A stretch of 64,000 nucleotides of DNA from a virus, in the IMG/VR virus record IMGVR_UViG_3300040770_000057, positions 1-64,000 of that record; one strand, written 5' to 3'. Every line of letters starts with the position of its first letter. Positions within the stretch are counted from its first letter, which is position 1. This document shows positions 1 through 9,936 of this stretch, in pieces. A program made the position numbers and the translations under genes. The notes under the pieces are model-generated. The model saw only the letters and a program-made list of their open reading frames with translations, had not been told where the DNA came from and made no database searches.

Positions 1-849
1 GTGCTTGTCGTGGTCGTTGTGTTTGATACCTTGGATCCAGTTTGATCCATGAAGTAAGTACGGTCCTCATAAGTTCGAGGAGCAACCAACTCAATCTCAC
101 CATAAATACGGCTGAAGTTCGTCTGTACCACAGAAGAATTTTCAGTTGTAGTCGTTGAGGTTGGTGGAGTCGCATCACTGTAGGTGACGTTCACCACAGT
201 AGTTTTGACCAACGGAACCGTTGAGTTTGTGGTGTTGTCCTCAATGGTGACTGCATTCGTCAGCGTAGGGAATGGACCAGTAACTGGGTCACCATAATTT
301 ACAGCACTGATTTGAGGATCTGCCAAGTAGTTGTATTCGATGTACAGGTAATTGCTGCTCACATCAAAGCCGTCAGCGTAGAAAGAAATCTGCCCACCAG
401 AAACACGAGTGATCACAATCAGGTTTGTGCCAGAGTCATAGTCAGCAACCCAGTTGCTGTTCAATTCTTCTGGGTAGTTGATACCCATGTACCGTTCTGC
501 CCAACGCAGAAAGTCAGCAGGACCAATTTCAGCAGTCTGAACCGTACTGGTAAATCCAGCACGAGAAGGAATCTGGCCGTTTACAGTAGTGGTGTTGAGA
601 CTGCCAGTACTGTAGAACGCACCAGTAACCAAACCAACTTGATTTGAGTACCCTTGTGTACGTGACCATTTGGCAAAGCTTCTCAGCTTGATGCCCGGTC
701 CACGAAGGTAGCTGTCAGTAATTGTCTGACCAATATCAGACTCATTGATGACAGCACCGACTACCGTTGACTTCAGAAAGTTTGCACGTTTGTTGACGTC
801 CCCTGCCAAGTTATAAACAGAGGACGAAACGTAGGTAGTCGATCCCATT
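1..849 (-). CDS. virion structural protein, N-terminal 283 codons only (3' end outside window; N4 gp53 position)
   Basis: Absent from the ORF track because the stop is off-window. Manual translation from ATG at 849 (MGSTTYVSSSVYNLAGDVNKRANF...) stays open to position 1. AAGGA SD upstream; next gene after the gp54-position gene in the late operon. Confidence 0.55.
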
Positions 850-859
850 TCAAATATCC

Positions 860-1990
860 TTACGCCAAATTGTTGTTGGCTTTGATGGTGGTCAACACAC
901 CATCAAGAGAAGCATTGGTAAATCCACTAGGAGCAACCAAACCTTCATCCAACGTCTTCTGCGTAATCCAGGCATCAGTGAACAGCTTCGCTGCTTTGTG
1001 CTCAGCATCACGTTTGTAACTGGTGATCTGCTGATCGTACAGAGCCTTCTGCTTGCCAATGGAACCAACGATTAAAGCACCATCAGTACGAGTATCCGTA
1101 GTCTGACCACGCTGAGCTTCCATCTGTTCATTGCTCAGTTTCTCTTGAGCAACCAAGTTGTCCAACTGCTGAGGCAAGATATTTGCCAGCGTGTAGGCCA
1201 ACGTATCGTTCTGAGTTTCCTGACCGATTTTCTCGGCAGTCATTTTTGCAACTTGCATAGGCAAGACAAAATCCAACTGGTACTGAACAGTAGCATTCTG
1301 GATAAGTTGACCATCCTTTTCGACAGTCATCTTTGTCAACTGCATTGGCAGGATCGAATCCAATTGATATTGGGCAGTCTCGTTTTGAATCAGTTGACCA
1401 TCTTTCTCAGAGGTCAACTTGGACAATTGCATAGGCAACATATTGTCCAACTGATACTGTGCAATACAGTAGTTCGTAGATTCTGTAGAAAGCTTCATCT
1501 TCGACAGTGCGTACTCTGCCTTCATCATCTTGGCTTTGTAATGCACCACTGCCAGTTCAGTTGTGGCAAGACGCATCTGAATCCTGCCAGTGATGGCAGC
1601 TACCTGTGCTTGCACAGCACCCCAGTAGGCTTGGTCTTTGCCAAGCAGGTATTGCACAGCACCACCGATGGCAGCCTGTGTCAGTGCCACATACGCTTTG
1701 GCATACTCAGCACCAGTGATTCGATTCTTGTCGAACTCTTCTTTCAGGTGCATCTTCACACCTTCCATGAGTGCATCAAAAGAACCAGCACCACCAACAG
1801 TCCGAGTCGTAAGCTCAGCTACTGACAGCTTTTGGATCTCACCGTACAGTGGGTTTGTCTCATTACCCGGTAAATCAAATTCAGGATTTTCTGGGTCATA
1901 GACTGGAATGGCAATGTCCTCTCCTACAAGAAGAGTGCCCATCAACTCACTGGCTTCGATTTCTGCACCGCATGTGGACATAGTGATCAC
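860..1990 (-). CDS. virion structural protein with internal 29-aa tandem repeats (N4 gp54 position)
   Basis: 376-aa ORF in the late operon between the capsid module and the gp53-position gene. Call rests on synteny only. Confidence 0.6.
   Translation of the reverse strand: MITMSTCGAEIEASELMGTLLVGEDIAIPVYDPENPEFDLPGNETNPLYGEIQKLSVAELTTRTVGGAGSFDALMEGVKMHLKEEFDKNRITGAEYAKAYVALTQAAIGGAVQYLLGKDQAYWGAVQAQVAAITGRIQMRLATTELAVVHYKAKMMKAEYALSKMKLSTESTNYCIAQYQLDNMLPMQLSKLTSEKDGQLIQNETAQYQLDSILPMQLTKMTVEKDGQLIQNATVQYQLDFVLPMQVAKMTAEKIGQETQNDTLAYTLANILPQQLDNLVAQEKLSNEQMEAQRGQTTDTRTDGALIVGSIGKQKALYDQQITSYKRDAEHKAAKLFTDAWITQKTLDEGLVAPSGFTNASLDGVLTTIKANNNLA
1115..1462 (-). repeat. four tandem 87-bp (29-aa) in-frame coding repeats
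   Basis: AQYQLDNMLPMQLSKLTSEKDGQLIQNET / AQYQLDSILPMQLTKMTVEKDGQLIQNAT / VQYQLDFVLPMQVAKMTAEKIGQETQNDT / degenerate LAYTLANILPQQLDNLVAQEKLSNEQMEA. Confidence 0.85.
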
Positions 1991-2001
1991 CTTAATTATT
2001 T

Positions 2002-2042
2002 ACAAAAACAAATGGCCCGAAGGCAAAAACCAACGGGCCATT
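2002..2042 (-). terminator. intrinsic terminator after the 234-aa gene
   Basis: 9-bp stem AATGGCCCG/CGGGCCATT (2011-2019 / 2034-2042), followed on the minus strand by TGTTTTTGT. Confidence 0.55.
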
Positions 2043-2060
2043 GTAAATCCAGATTGGATT

Positions 2061-2765
2061 TTAACTATTGCCAGCAGCAAGTTGTGCAGTGGCCAGTTCA
2101 CCCAACTCTTTTTGAGTCAGTGGTGGCAGAACTTCCAGTGCGAATTCCCGTGCCCATGAGGTGTCAACACGAGTCTGTTTGGTAACAGGATCCTTGGACA
2201 CACGGACACTCAGGAAACGGCGAGATTCTAGTTGTGCATAAATGCACATTGGAACGTGGTAGCCATTTTCAGACTGCTCACCAAATGGGATGTACTTCTT
2301 CACAGTGCCGATGTACTCATTGGCCACAGTGATGATTTCACCCGGCAGATCCTTTTTCTTTGGATCCATGTTAGTAATTCGCAAGCGAATCAGTTTCATC
2401 TGTTCACGTTGCAAGTGCTGACGCAAAGCCACTTTAGGAGACTTGGACAAAGGAGGTGCAGCCGCTGTAGTAGCAGCTTCGTCAATGGCCAGTGGGTTCA
2501 CTTTGGCAGCAGTAACAGCAGGGGCAGGTGGATCTTCATCAGTATCACCTTCCATAGCTGCATTCACCTTGATGCGAAGCTTTTCAAGGCTGATGTTGTT
2601 TGAGAAAGACAGGCCCATCAAACGGGCACGATCTTTGAGCAAGCTCAGTTCGCTCACACTTGGGAGATCAGTCTCTTGCTCATCCTGCTGTTCTTGACTA
2701 CGGGTGTTGTCTTGCTCAAGATCACCAGTGTTGTCAGGGTTTGGGGAAGCGTTTTGCTCAGTCAT
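2061..2765 (-). CDS. hypothetical late protein (N4 gp55 position), acidic N-terminus
   Basis: 234-aa ORF directly downstream of the capsid gene, flanked by terminators on both sides. Confidence 0.6.
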   Translation of the reverse strand: MTEQNASPNPDNTGDLEQDNTRSQEQQDEQETDLPSVSELSLLKDRARLMGLSFSNNISLEKLRIKVNAAMEGDTDEDPPAPAVTAAKVNPLAIDEAATTAAAPPLSKSPKVALRQHLQREQMKLIRLRITNMDPKKKDLPGEIITVANEYIGTVKKYIPFGEQSENGYHVPMCIYAQLESRRFLSVRVSKDPVTKQTRVDTSWAREFALEVLPPLTQKELGELATAQLAAGNS

Positions 2766-2802
2766 GATTTACTTTCGGGAATGGGAACATTAGAACCAAT
2801 GA

Positions 2803-2827
2803 AGAAAAAGAGGGGATTTCTCCCCTC
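2803..2827 (-). terminator. intrinsic terminator or attenuator after the capsid gene
   Basis: Stem GAGGGGA/TCCCCTC with a 4-nt loop, followed on the minus strand by CTTTTTCTTC. Confidence 0.6.
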
Positions 2828-2844
2828 CCTTTCTGGCCTACCGA

Positions 2845-4074
2845 TTAGATAGGAGCAACCGTCTTGATCAGAGCAATACGCTCTGGACGGAACACGATCA
2901 TGCCGTAGTACCACTTGATGGAACTGAAGCCAGTTTCACCGTATGGATCATTACGGTCAGCAGTCGTTGCACCCGGCATCTTGGTGATGACGTTGAACTT
3001 CACCGACTTGCCATCAGTCTGGAAACCGATGGTAGAGAACGACTGATCGCCCACGATGAGGATCGGGAAAATGTCGTAACGCTCATTGCCACCAACCATG
3101 CTGGTACGGTAACCGGGGTTGTCGCCAACCACAGCACCAGCGCCAGCCCAATGCAGCATGTCAGGCACTTGCACGAAACGGAAAGGACCAACAGAGCCGA
3201 TTTCACCATTGATGGGCGTACCCGCATCAGCGTAGTGCTGCACTTCAACAAAAGCCTTGTTGTCAAACAAGTCCTTCATGGCTTGCAGGATTGGTAGCAG
3301 TTCCGAACCAACGTAGGCAATACGGCCAGCACTGATCACTTTCGTGTCAATGTAGCGGCTACCGCTGATCATCGTGGTCTGCTTCGGAGTCCGGTTGTCA
3401 TCCAGCACAGCCGATGCACGCATCAGGTTGGCGTAGGACAGGATCGAAGCTGGAATCTCAGGCACTGGACCAGCAGCAGGAGTAACTTCACCAGTGATGG
3501 TTTCGTTGCTGATTGCAGCGCCGGGATACAGAACCACACCAGCACTGGCCAACAGATCGCGTTGCAGCACATCTTCAGTCAGCTTGGTAGCACCAGTCAT
3601 CAGTTCACGGGACAGGTGTTCCTTCAGCATGTCATCACTGTCGAAGTCCATGGACTCTTGGGTGAATTCATAGAAAAAGCCGAACTTGTGCAGAGTGCCT
3701 TCACGTTCGATACGGGTGAAACCGATACGGTTCACACGGCCACCGTTTTCTGTCAGCAGAGGCAGTTTGCCAGTGATCGTGCCAATGTCTTTGGACGAAC
3801 CGTACAGGTTGCCGTTGACAGTGGTGACACCATTGGCGTCGATACCTTGGTCGTTGACGTTGCGGTCATCGAGCAGAGGCACGTATTCATGCACTTTCAC
3901 GGTCTTGCCAAAATGCTTGGGCATATTGACTACCGATGCCATAGGCATGAAGTACTGTTCACGGCGAGCCTCAATCAGAGACTTGCGGAGCCAGAAAAAC
4001 GAGTTCATCTGATCGGAGCCAGTACCGTCGATACTGGATTTTTGACCCAATGCGGGTGCGTTGTAGTTCAACAT
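2845..4074 (-). CDS. major capsid protein (N4 gp56-like)
   Basis: 409 aa. AAGGA SD. Sits between the scaffold-position gene and a terminator, portal upstream. Size and order match N4 gp56; no motif-level proof. Confidence 0.7.
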   Translation of the reverse strand: MLNYNAPALGQKSSIDGTGSDQMNSFFWLRKSLIEARREQYFMPMASVVNMPKHFGKTVKVHEYVPLLDDRNVNDQGIDANGVTTVNGNLYGSSKDIGTITGKLPLLTENGGRVNRIGFTRIEREGTLHKFGFFYEFTQESMDFDSDDMLKEHLSRELMTGATKLTEDVLQRDLLASAGVVLYPGAAISNETITGEVTPAAGPVPEIPASILSYANLMRASAVLDDNRTPKQTTMISGSRYIDTKVISAGRIAYVGSELLPILQAMKDLFDNKAFVEVQHYADAGTPINGEIGSVGPFRFVQVPDMLHWAGAGAVVGDNPGYRTSMVGGNERYDIFPILIVGDQSFSTIGFQTDGKSVKFNVITKMPGATTADRNDPYGETGFSSIKWYYGMIVFRPERIALIKTVAPI

Positions 4075-4086
4075 TTTGAAAGTCCT

Positions 4087-5256
4087 TTACAGGCGATTCG
4101 CCCAATTTTTCATGAAGTCTTCATCACCCATGCCTTGGAGATTGGCGATAGGTGCTATGCGTTTTGGATTACCACGCGAAGCAGCAGCAGCATTTGCGGC
4201 AGCACTATTGGTCACTTGTGGCTTAGGAGCTACCACACGGGTAGCAACTGGCACGTTGACTTGTGCTGCTGGTCGTACTCCAGCATTTTGCGAGGGTTGG
4301 GCTACTTGTAGCGGTGCAAGATCTGCAAACGCTCCTTGAGCACCCAGTTCATTACCAACTTTCATGTACGCCTGAACAAAGGGCGTACCGGCTGGAATAG
4401 CACCAAGCATAGTTTGTCGTTGTACTTCAGTTGCTACACGGTCATAAATACCGTTTTCGCGTTGCTGATGAATGATCGACAAGACCTCTGGCGATTTCCA
4501 AAGCTCTTCTTTCGAGGTTTTATCCCAAGTTGTATTGATGATTTGGAGAGTTTCTTGTCCGGTTGGGGTAGATTTAACATCTTCCAACGCTGAACGAAAC
4601 GCTACCTCATCATCACCGACTTGGTGATTTCCTTGTTGGTAAGTAGATTCGGCTTTCAGATCAATATCCAGTGGGTCAATACCTGATTCCTTGATCAGCT
4701 TCTTGATTGCCTCTGGATTCTTTTTATCCAAATCAATGTAGTACGAGAGTTTACTCTCATCCAACATACCGTTGTTCTCCAACATCGCAAGAATCTTGCG
4801 GTGTGGAGCAATGTCTTGCATCTTGCGAGTGTAGTTTGCACCCATTCGCATCAATTGCAGAATGTCTTCCTTACTACGAATTTCAATGTCTTTGCCATTC
4901 GCTTTCAAGGGAGCCATCAAGTCTTTGTAGAAGCTTTGGTAATCCACTGCTTCAGCAGCAGGAACTACTTTCTTCACTTCTTCAACGACAACAGGTTCGT
5001 TGTTGCTTTCACCGGGCAGAGCAATCACAGGCTCAGTAACAACAGGAGGTTTAGTCTTGTCTTCCAAATCCACAACTGGATCTGTGACAGGGTTTTCAAC
5101 AACTACTTCATCGACAACAGCAGGAGTCTCAACCGTAGTCGTGACAACTGCTGGCTCAATGACGACAGGCTCTGTCACTACAGGAGTGACAGGATCTGAA
5201 CTTGCCTGAACCAAAGGAGGTTCGGCATTCAGAAATTCAGCATCATCAAGAATCAT
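4087..5256 (-). CDS. putative scaffolding/structural protein (N4 gp57 position)
   Basis: 389 aa. P/V/T/E-rich low-complexity N-terminal third. GGAG SD. Immediately upstream of the capsid gene. Confidence 0.5.
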   Translation of the reverse strand: MILDDAEFLNAEPPLVQASSDPVTPVVTEPVVIEPAVVTTTVETPAVVDEVVVENPVTDPVVDLEDKTKPPVVTEPVIALPGESNNEPVVVEEVKKVVPAAEAVDYQSFYKDLMAPLKANGKDIEIRSKEDILQLMRMGANYTRKMQDIAPHRKILAMLENNGMLDESKLSYYIDLDKKNPEAIKKLIKESGIDPLDIDLKAESTYQQGNHQVGDDEVAFRSALEDVKSTPTGQETLQIINTTWDKTSKEELWKSPEVLSIIHQQRENGIYDRVATEVQRQTMLGAIPAGTPFVQAYMKVGNELGAQGAFADLAPLQVAQPSQNAGVRPAAQVNVPVATRVVAPKPQVTNSAAANAAAASRGNPKRIAPIANLQGMGDEDFMKNWANRL

Positions 5257-5259
5257 GGT

Positions 5260-5643
5260 TTACTCCAGATCAGGTGTGGCAGCGCCAGTTGCACGAGAAG
5301 CTTCTTCAGCGTCAGCTTCATTACGAGCTTCCACCAACTCAGCTTGCAATGCAGGCATCTGACCTTCAGCATGGTTGCCCATCTGAACGATCACATTCAA
5401 GAACCGCTTCAGGTGACCAGCGGACTGAGCAATCGCCATGGCGTCATCACGTTGGGTTTGGTTCAAAGCAGGATCAGCAGAACGCTGAGCGTACAGAGAA
5501 CACTCTTCAACCATGAAGTGCTTCAGGATCAGTTTCTTGAAGTCGGGATTACGAGCCAGCTTCTCAGCCGAGTCACGCAATTCCATTGCTTGTTTGAAAC
5601 CGATTTCTTGCTTTTCCAGAGAGTAAACATTGACGTCAGACAT
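5260..5643 (-). CDS. hypothetical late protein (gp58 position)
   Basis: 127-aa ORF tightly packed between the portal gene and the gp57-position gene. Confidence 0.6.
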   Translation of the reverse strand: MSDVNVYSLEKQEIGFKQAMELRDSAEKLARNPDFKKLILKHFMVEECSLYAQRSADPALNQTQRDDAMAIAQSAGHLKRFLNVIVQMGNHAEGQMPALQAELVEARNEADAEEASRATGAATPDLE

Positions 5644-5679
5644 GCTGATTAGTCTTTCTATAAAGAGTTGATATTAAAT

Positions 5680-7914
5680 TTAAAGAGCCATTTCAGGTAA
5701 GCCTTGTGGCTCCCCCATATATGGATCTTTGTTGAGTGTATCACTCACTCGGTTAAAACCAATAGCTGCTTCCACATTTGGTGCAGTTTCCTCTTTCTTC
5801 TGTGGAGCTAACAGACTCTTAGTAATCTGAAGATTCTGATTACCTTCTGACTGAGCTTTCTGTGCTTCCATCGAACGAGCGTGTTTTGTACCAGTCTCTT
5901 GCTCAATAAAGTCCAGATCAGCTTGGTCTGCCAGAGCCAAGTCACGTTTAGCTTTAGCCCGGTTACCTTCAGCACGAGAACGAATCTCATCAACTTCAGC
6001 TTCAAGTTTGGCTACTTCAAGTTCACCCATCTTGATCTCTTGTTCACTTGGAGGTGACGGCTTGAAGTTGCGAAGTTTGTTTGCCAGTTCAGGCATACGC
6101 TTCAGTTCAGCAATCTCTGCAAGGATCATCATGGTCATTGCTGGATCGCCTTTAGGGCCAATCGTTTGCAGCATGAAAGCCAAATCTTTTGACTTGGCAT
6201 CATCTACTTCAGCAGTAGAAATATCCACTTCAAGATCGAACTCACCTTGAATGTCTTCACGCTTTACTTCGACAAACGTAGTATTGGTAACCCGAACCAC
6301 TTCAACGTCAGAAAGGAAGAGAGCATTCATCTTGGTCAGTTTGGTGCCAATGTCTGACATGCCTTTGGCCAAGCGACGAAGAATAGCCATCTCACGTTTA
6401 GAGGCAGCATCCAATGCACCACGAATACCAGCAGCCACATCCCCGTATGACTCACCAGACAGGCCACCACCAAAAGACTTCACACCAGTGAGTGCTTCAG
6501 CTTCTTGGTTCTGTAGGCCCAACATTGCCAAAGCAGACTGAGGCAGTTCAGGGTACTTGTGCTCAATCATGCCCATGCTTGGATGAGCAGTTGGATTGAA
6601 TTCGTAATCTTGCCCATTGTCAAAGCGACGACGATTCAAAGGATCTAACATGCCTTTGGCAAAACCTTGTTGGCCATTGGCAGAACGACCCAGTACGTCA
6701 ATCATGCCTCGTGTCACAGCACCAAGGATTGCTTGGTTGTCAGACAAGAGTTCAGCATCTGGCTCACCGTAAAGCTCACGCTTCACAGGCAAATACTTGA
6801 CCAGCACAAATGGAATCTTCTGATCGGGAAATGGATTCTTCTCCATTCGGATCATGACATTGCCTACCCAAGTGGCAACAATCGGAACCAAAATGTCATT
6901 GCCTTTAATGTCGTAGAAACCCCAGTACTCATAGGCAACAACTTTTTTACGAGCAGCATCTTTAAACTGCATACCAGTGAGTGCATTTGGGTTTGTACCA
7001 GAGAAAGCTGCATCAGAGACAGGGGCACCATTCTCCCAATTCACTTTGTCAAGATTGGAATAGCGATTACCTTCAGCTTCAAGATCAGCCTTGCAAGTCT
7101 CAAACGACACAACAGCAAACATTGCTTTTTCAATGTCACCGTTGCAGGAGGGATCAATGATGATGTTGTCTGGATTCATTACAAGCACAGTTGGCTTGTT
7201 CACCAAAACCTTTTCAACTTCAATCTCAGTTGTGCTTTCTTCCACTGCAATGACTGGTTCACCAGTCTCAATAAAATAGTCCACAGCAGCTTTGATGACT
7301 GGATCAGTCTCTTCGTTGTACGTGCGTGGATCACTCTCCATCAAACCAACTGCTGCTTGCAACAGATCAGCAGCATCTTGTGTTGAGACAGGATAGTAGG
7401 AATAGACAGGAGCTTGCTCCTTCACTTTCTTCGTCTTGCGATCCCAACCTACACGAACGATGCAAGTGCCTTCATCCACAGTCGAACGAACGTAGTCATC
7501 AATGAAGCTGACACGATTTATCTTGGTACGAAACTGCCAGTTGAGCAAAAGCTCATTCTGTGCTGCTGCCTTTGGATCTTCAAAGGTAGTAGGTGAAACC
7601 TTGAACAGCTTGGACGTTCCCAGAAAGGGTTCAGTCAAAGCGGAGTATCGCCATTCAGCTTGACGTCGAATCAGCTTAGGCTGAACAGACGAACGACCTT
7701 TAACCTTCACAGGCTTGGCCGAACCAGTCACTGCCATAAGATCATTCCATAATTTGATCTTCCCCATCTGGGTAGTGTGTGACTGAGTTGCCTGCTCCAT
7801 GTCATATTTCAGATCAGAGAGCGATGGCTCCTTGGTCCAATTAGTCAGCTTCGCTGGCTTGTTTGGATCCAAGGGAACTACCATGGCAGTATTACTGGAA
7901 GAGTCGTTGGTCAT
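5680..7914 (-). CDS. portal protein (N4 gp59-like)
   Basis: 744 aa. Size and position between the lysis cassette and the capsid module match the N4 portal. Confidence 0.7.
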   Translation of the reverse strand: MTNDSSSNTAMVVPLDPNKPAKLTNWTKEPSLSDLKYDMEQATQSHTTQMGKIKLWNDLMAVTGSAKPVKVKGRSSVQPKLIRRQAEWRYSALTEPFLGTSKLFKVSPTTFEDPKAAAQNELLLNWQFRTKINRVSFIDDYVRSTVDEGTCIVRVGWDRKTKKVKEQAPVYSYYPVSTQDAADLLQAAVGLMESDPRTYNEETDPVIKAAVDYFIETGEPVIAVEESTTEIEVEKVLVNKPTVLVMNPDNIIIDPSCNGDIEKAMFAVVSFETCKADLEAEGNRYSNLDKVNWENGAPVSDAAFSGTNPNALTGMQFKDAARKKVVAYEYWGFYDIKGNDILVPIVATWVGNVMIRMEKNPFPDQKIPFVLVKYLPVKRELYGEPDAELLSDNQAILGAVTRGMIDVLGRSANGQQGFAKGMLDPLNRRRFDNGQDYEFNPTAHPSMGMIEHKYPELPQSALAMLGLQNQEAEALTGVKSFGGGLSGESYGDVAAGIRGALDAASKREMAILRRLAKGMSDIGTKLTKMNALFLSDVEVVRVTNTTFVEVKREDIQGEFDLEVDISTAEVDDAKSKDLAFMLQTIGPKGDPAMTMMILAEIAELKRMPELANKLRNFKPSPPSEQEIKMGELEVAKLEAEVDEIRSRAEGNRAKAKRDLALADQADLDFIEQETGTKHARSMEAQKAQSEGNQNLQITKSLLAPQKKEETAPNVEAAIGFNRVSDTLNKDPYMGEPQGLPEMAL

Positions 7915-8416
7915 TTTTGATTCTCTCGCTTAATGCAGTTATTTCTTTGTCACGCTGTCCAACAGTTTCCCTGAGTTCTCGTACCAAAGATCTGCCCTGT
8001 TCAAGAGATCGGTCGAGTTCGGCTGCATGGTTCGCAAGATATTCTCGCTCAGTGGTTCCACCTTCGGACAAACGCCGATAGCTTGATACTCTACCTTCGG
8101 AGAGGCGCAACCTACCAGCATAGTCAGACTGCAAAGCAGCAAGAGCAATGGCGTGGTTTTTGTTTGCTTGTTGAATAGCATTGTCAATCCTTGTGTTCTC
8201 AGTTCGGTTGAGTTCTTGCAGTTTTTTAATCTCACCCTGCAAAGTCGCAACTGCAACTGCATGGCCTTGTCGCTCAGCATCCCACTTCACCTGAACTTCA
8301 TTGGCTCCATTTTTGTGTCCTGCACTATAGAGTCCAAAACAAACAAGCAAAATAGCAGCCACAACAACAAGGTGTAGCCAGTATTTTTTGAGCAAGAAAA
8401 GTGTAGTGGTGTACAT
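7892..8416 (-). CDS. i-spanin (Rz-like)
   Basis: Start chosen at [33 protein letters not shown] (N-terminal TM), followed by a coiled-coil-like charged domain. Downstream of the endolysin; contains the embedded Rz1 frame. Confidence 0.7.
   Translation of the reverse strand: MYTTTLFLLKKYWLHLVVVAAILLVCFGLYSAGHKNGANEVQVKWDAERQGHAVAVATLQGEIKKLQELNRTENTRIDNAIQQANKNHAIALAALQSDYAGRLRLSEGRVSSYRRLSEGGTTEREYLANHAAELDRSLEQGRSLVRELRETVGQRDKEITALSERIKNDQRLFQ
7939..8181 (-). CDS. o-spanin (Rz1-like lipoprotein), embedded in the Rz frame
   Basis: [29 protein letters not shown] carries lipobox LVGC. AAGGA SD 7 nt upstream. Wholly inside the Rz gene in a different frame. Confidence 0.7.
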   Translation of the reverse strand: MLFNKQTKTTPLLLLLCSLTMLVGCASPKVEYQAIGVCPKVEPLSENILRTMQPNSTDLLNRADLWYENSGKLLDSVTKK

Positions 8417-8444
8417 GATTGATCCAAGGAAAGAAGTATATGCT

Positions 8445-8993
8445 CTACGCAGGCAATGCACGCATAGCAATTTTGAACAGAACAAGTCGAGCTTCTAGTC
8501 CATTGACACCGCCATTTATTCTGCGAGTGACAGCTTCAAAGTCATCAGCATCAGCAAGCTCATTGATCTTTTTCCAATCCCAAAAGTCACAAGCTGACAG
8601 TGATGCCCACTGAGGATCACCCAGTAACTTTGGATTTGCTTCAAAGTCAGGCACATCATCAAACCGTTCACGAAGACGATCCCTTGTCCGTGCATGATTG
8701 AACCTGCCTGTAGTCTGGATCAGCCCATGGCCACGAAATAAAGAGCCATCTCCTACTTGGGTATTGCCCAAGTCAAGACGGCCCTCGTATTTTTTCTGAG
8801 CTGGTGTTGGTCCCCACAACTCAGTTGTATAGACAAGATGGCCAGACTCATGACCAATCTGAGCAAGGAAGTGAGCCTTTCTCAGTTTTGTGTCAATGGA
8901 GTAAAAGGCCATTCCGGCCTTTAGTGGTTCAACGAACTTCAGTGCGTTGGATAAAGTGGAGCCTGTGCAAGCAGCAAGCAGTTCTGGTGTCAT
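8445..8993 (-). CDS. endolysin, glycoside hydrolase family 19 (chitinase-like)
   Basis: FLAQIGHESGHL, YEGRLDLGN and RGHGLIQTTGRFNH match the GH19 lysozyme signature. ATGA coupling to the upstream gene. Confidence 0.85.
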   Translation of the reverse strand: MTPELLAACTGSTLSNALKFVEPLKAGMAFYSIDTKLRKAHFLAQIGHESGHLVYTTELWGPTPAQKKYEGRLDLGNTQVGDGSLFRGHGLIQTTGRFNHARTRDRLRERFDDVPDFEANPKLLGDPQWASLSACDFWDWKKINELADADDFEAVTRRINGGVNGLEARLVLFKIAMRALPA

Positions 8994-9478
8994 GGTGGAA
9001 GAATCTCCAGATCAGTATTCATCGACATAGAAATAGGAAAGAACTGGTGAATAGGATTGCAGATGTAATCCAACGATGTGGTTATATGTGCAGTACCGGG
9101 AGCAGCAGTCTTAGGAATGTCAACAGCAAAAGAGAGCTTGTCTGGGCTGACTGCATTCAAGTGCCTCAATGCAGCAGAGTTCATGATTTGAGGACCATCC
9201 CCCAAATCATAACGAACACCGTTAGCATCAACCAAACTTCTACTGAACACTACCCCACAGCCTCGCTCAATATCACGTTTTACCCTTCCAATGACAAAGG
9301 TAATTTGTCCCGGCTTAGCTGGAATTGATTGGTAACTTTCCAAGACAAAAGGCGGCACTCGACTTGTGCTCCAGTACAGCAGTGTCAAAGCAAAGATTAC
9401 ACAGAACACAGCACCAATGGCTACAAGCCAAGTCATCACATTGTTGATTGTCTTAGCGGCATTCATTTTGGTGGCCAT
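8990..9478 (-). CDS. membrane-anchored protein of the lysis cassette (unknown role)
   Basis: 162 aa with one N-terminal TM (VMTWLVAIGAVFCVIFALTLLYW) and a roughly 120-aa extracytoplasmic domain. Confidence 0.6.
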   Translation of the reverse strand: MATKMNAAKTINNVMTWLVAIGAVFCVIFALTLLYWSTSRVPPFVLESYQSIPAKPGQITFVIGRVKRDIERGCGVVFSRSLVDANGVRYDLGDGPQIMNSAALRHLNAVSPDKLSFAVDIPKTAAPGTAHITTSLDYICNPIHQFFPISMSMNTDLEILPP

Positions 9479-9771
9479 CCTTCTGTAAGTGGCAAAGTCA
9501 TTCCCGGTTGTGCATGGATTGCGTATTCAAGTTGGTAAACACGACGCAAGTAAATCTGGTTAGAAGAACGAACTTCATCCAGTTGATTACGCAAAGCAGA
9601 GATCTCGTCATTCATACGAGTGCTCAATGCGTTCCTTGCTTCTGATTCACGAAGGGCTGATGCTTGGTCTTTTGCTTCCAGATAGGAGAGCATCCACTTT
9701 GCTCCACCACCAATGATGACAAGAAAAGTACCCAATGCACCGATCAAAAGTGTGATGCTTTCGGCGGTCAT
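9463..9771 (-). CDS. putative holin (single TM plus coiled coil)
   Basis: 102 aa. TM ITLLIGALGTFLVIIGGGAKWML. AAGGAGAAGG SD. First gene of the lysis cassette. Confidence 0.5.
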   Translation of the reverse strand: MTAESITLLIGALGTFLVIIGGGAKWMLSYLEAKDQASALRESEARNALSTRMNDEISALRNQLDEVRSSNQIYLRRVYQLEYAIHAQPGMTLPLTEGWPPK

Positions 9772-9936
9772 TGAACCTTCTCCTTCGGTTTGTAATTAGG
9801 GTCAGAAATCATCAAGAAGTACCTTATAAAGAATTGAAGAGCTACAAATTTCAGTACTCATTGTGCCAAAGAAATACTACCCAAATGAGTAGTATTTCTT
9901 CGCAGATTACATCATTTGCACGCTGTAGGATCAACT

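Noticed and set aside
1145-1825. 226-aa plus-strand ORF (and 1638-1901) opposite the gp54-position gene
   Set aside because: It is entirely antisense to a well-supported late gene. The peptide is Leu/Gln/Cys/His-rich and junk-like, with no SD. Its apparent repeats simply mirror the real 87-bp repeats.
7892-8485. Long 197-aa form of the Rz ORF starting at 8485
   Set aside because: The first 23 codons (MFCSKLLCVHCLRRAYTSFLGSI) overlap the endolysin 3' end. The internal Met at 8416 begins right at the TM segment, which is typical of i-spanins.
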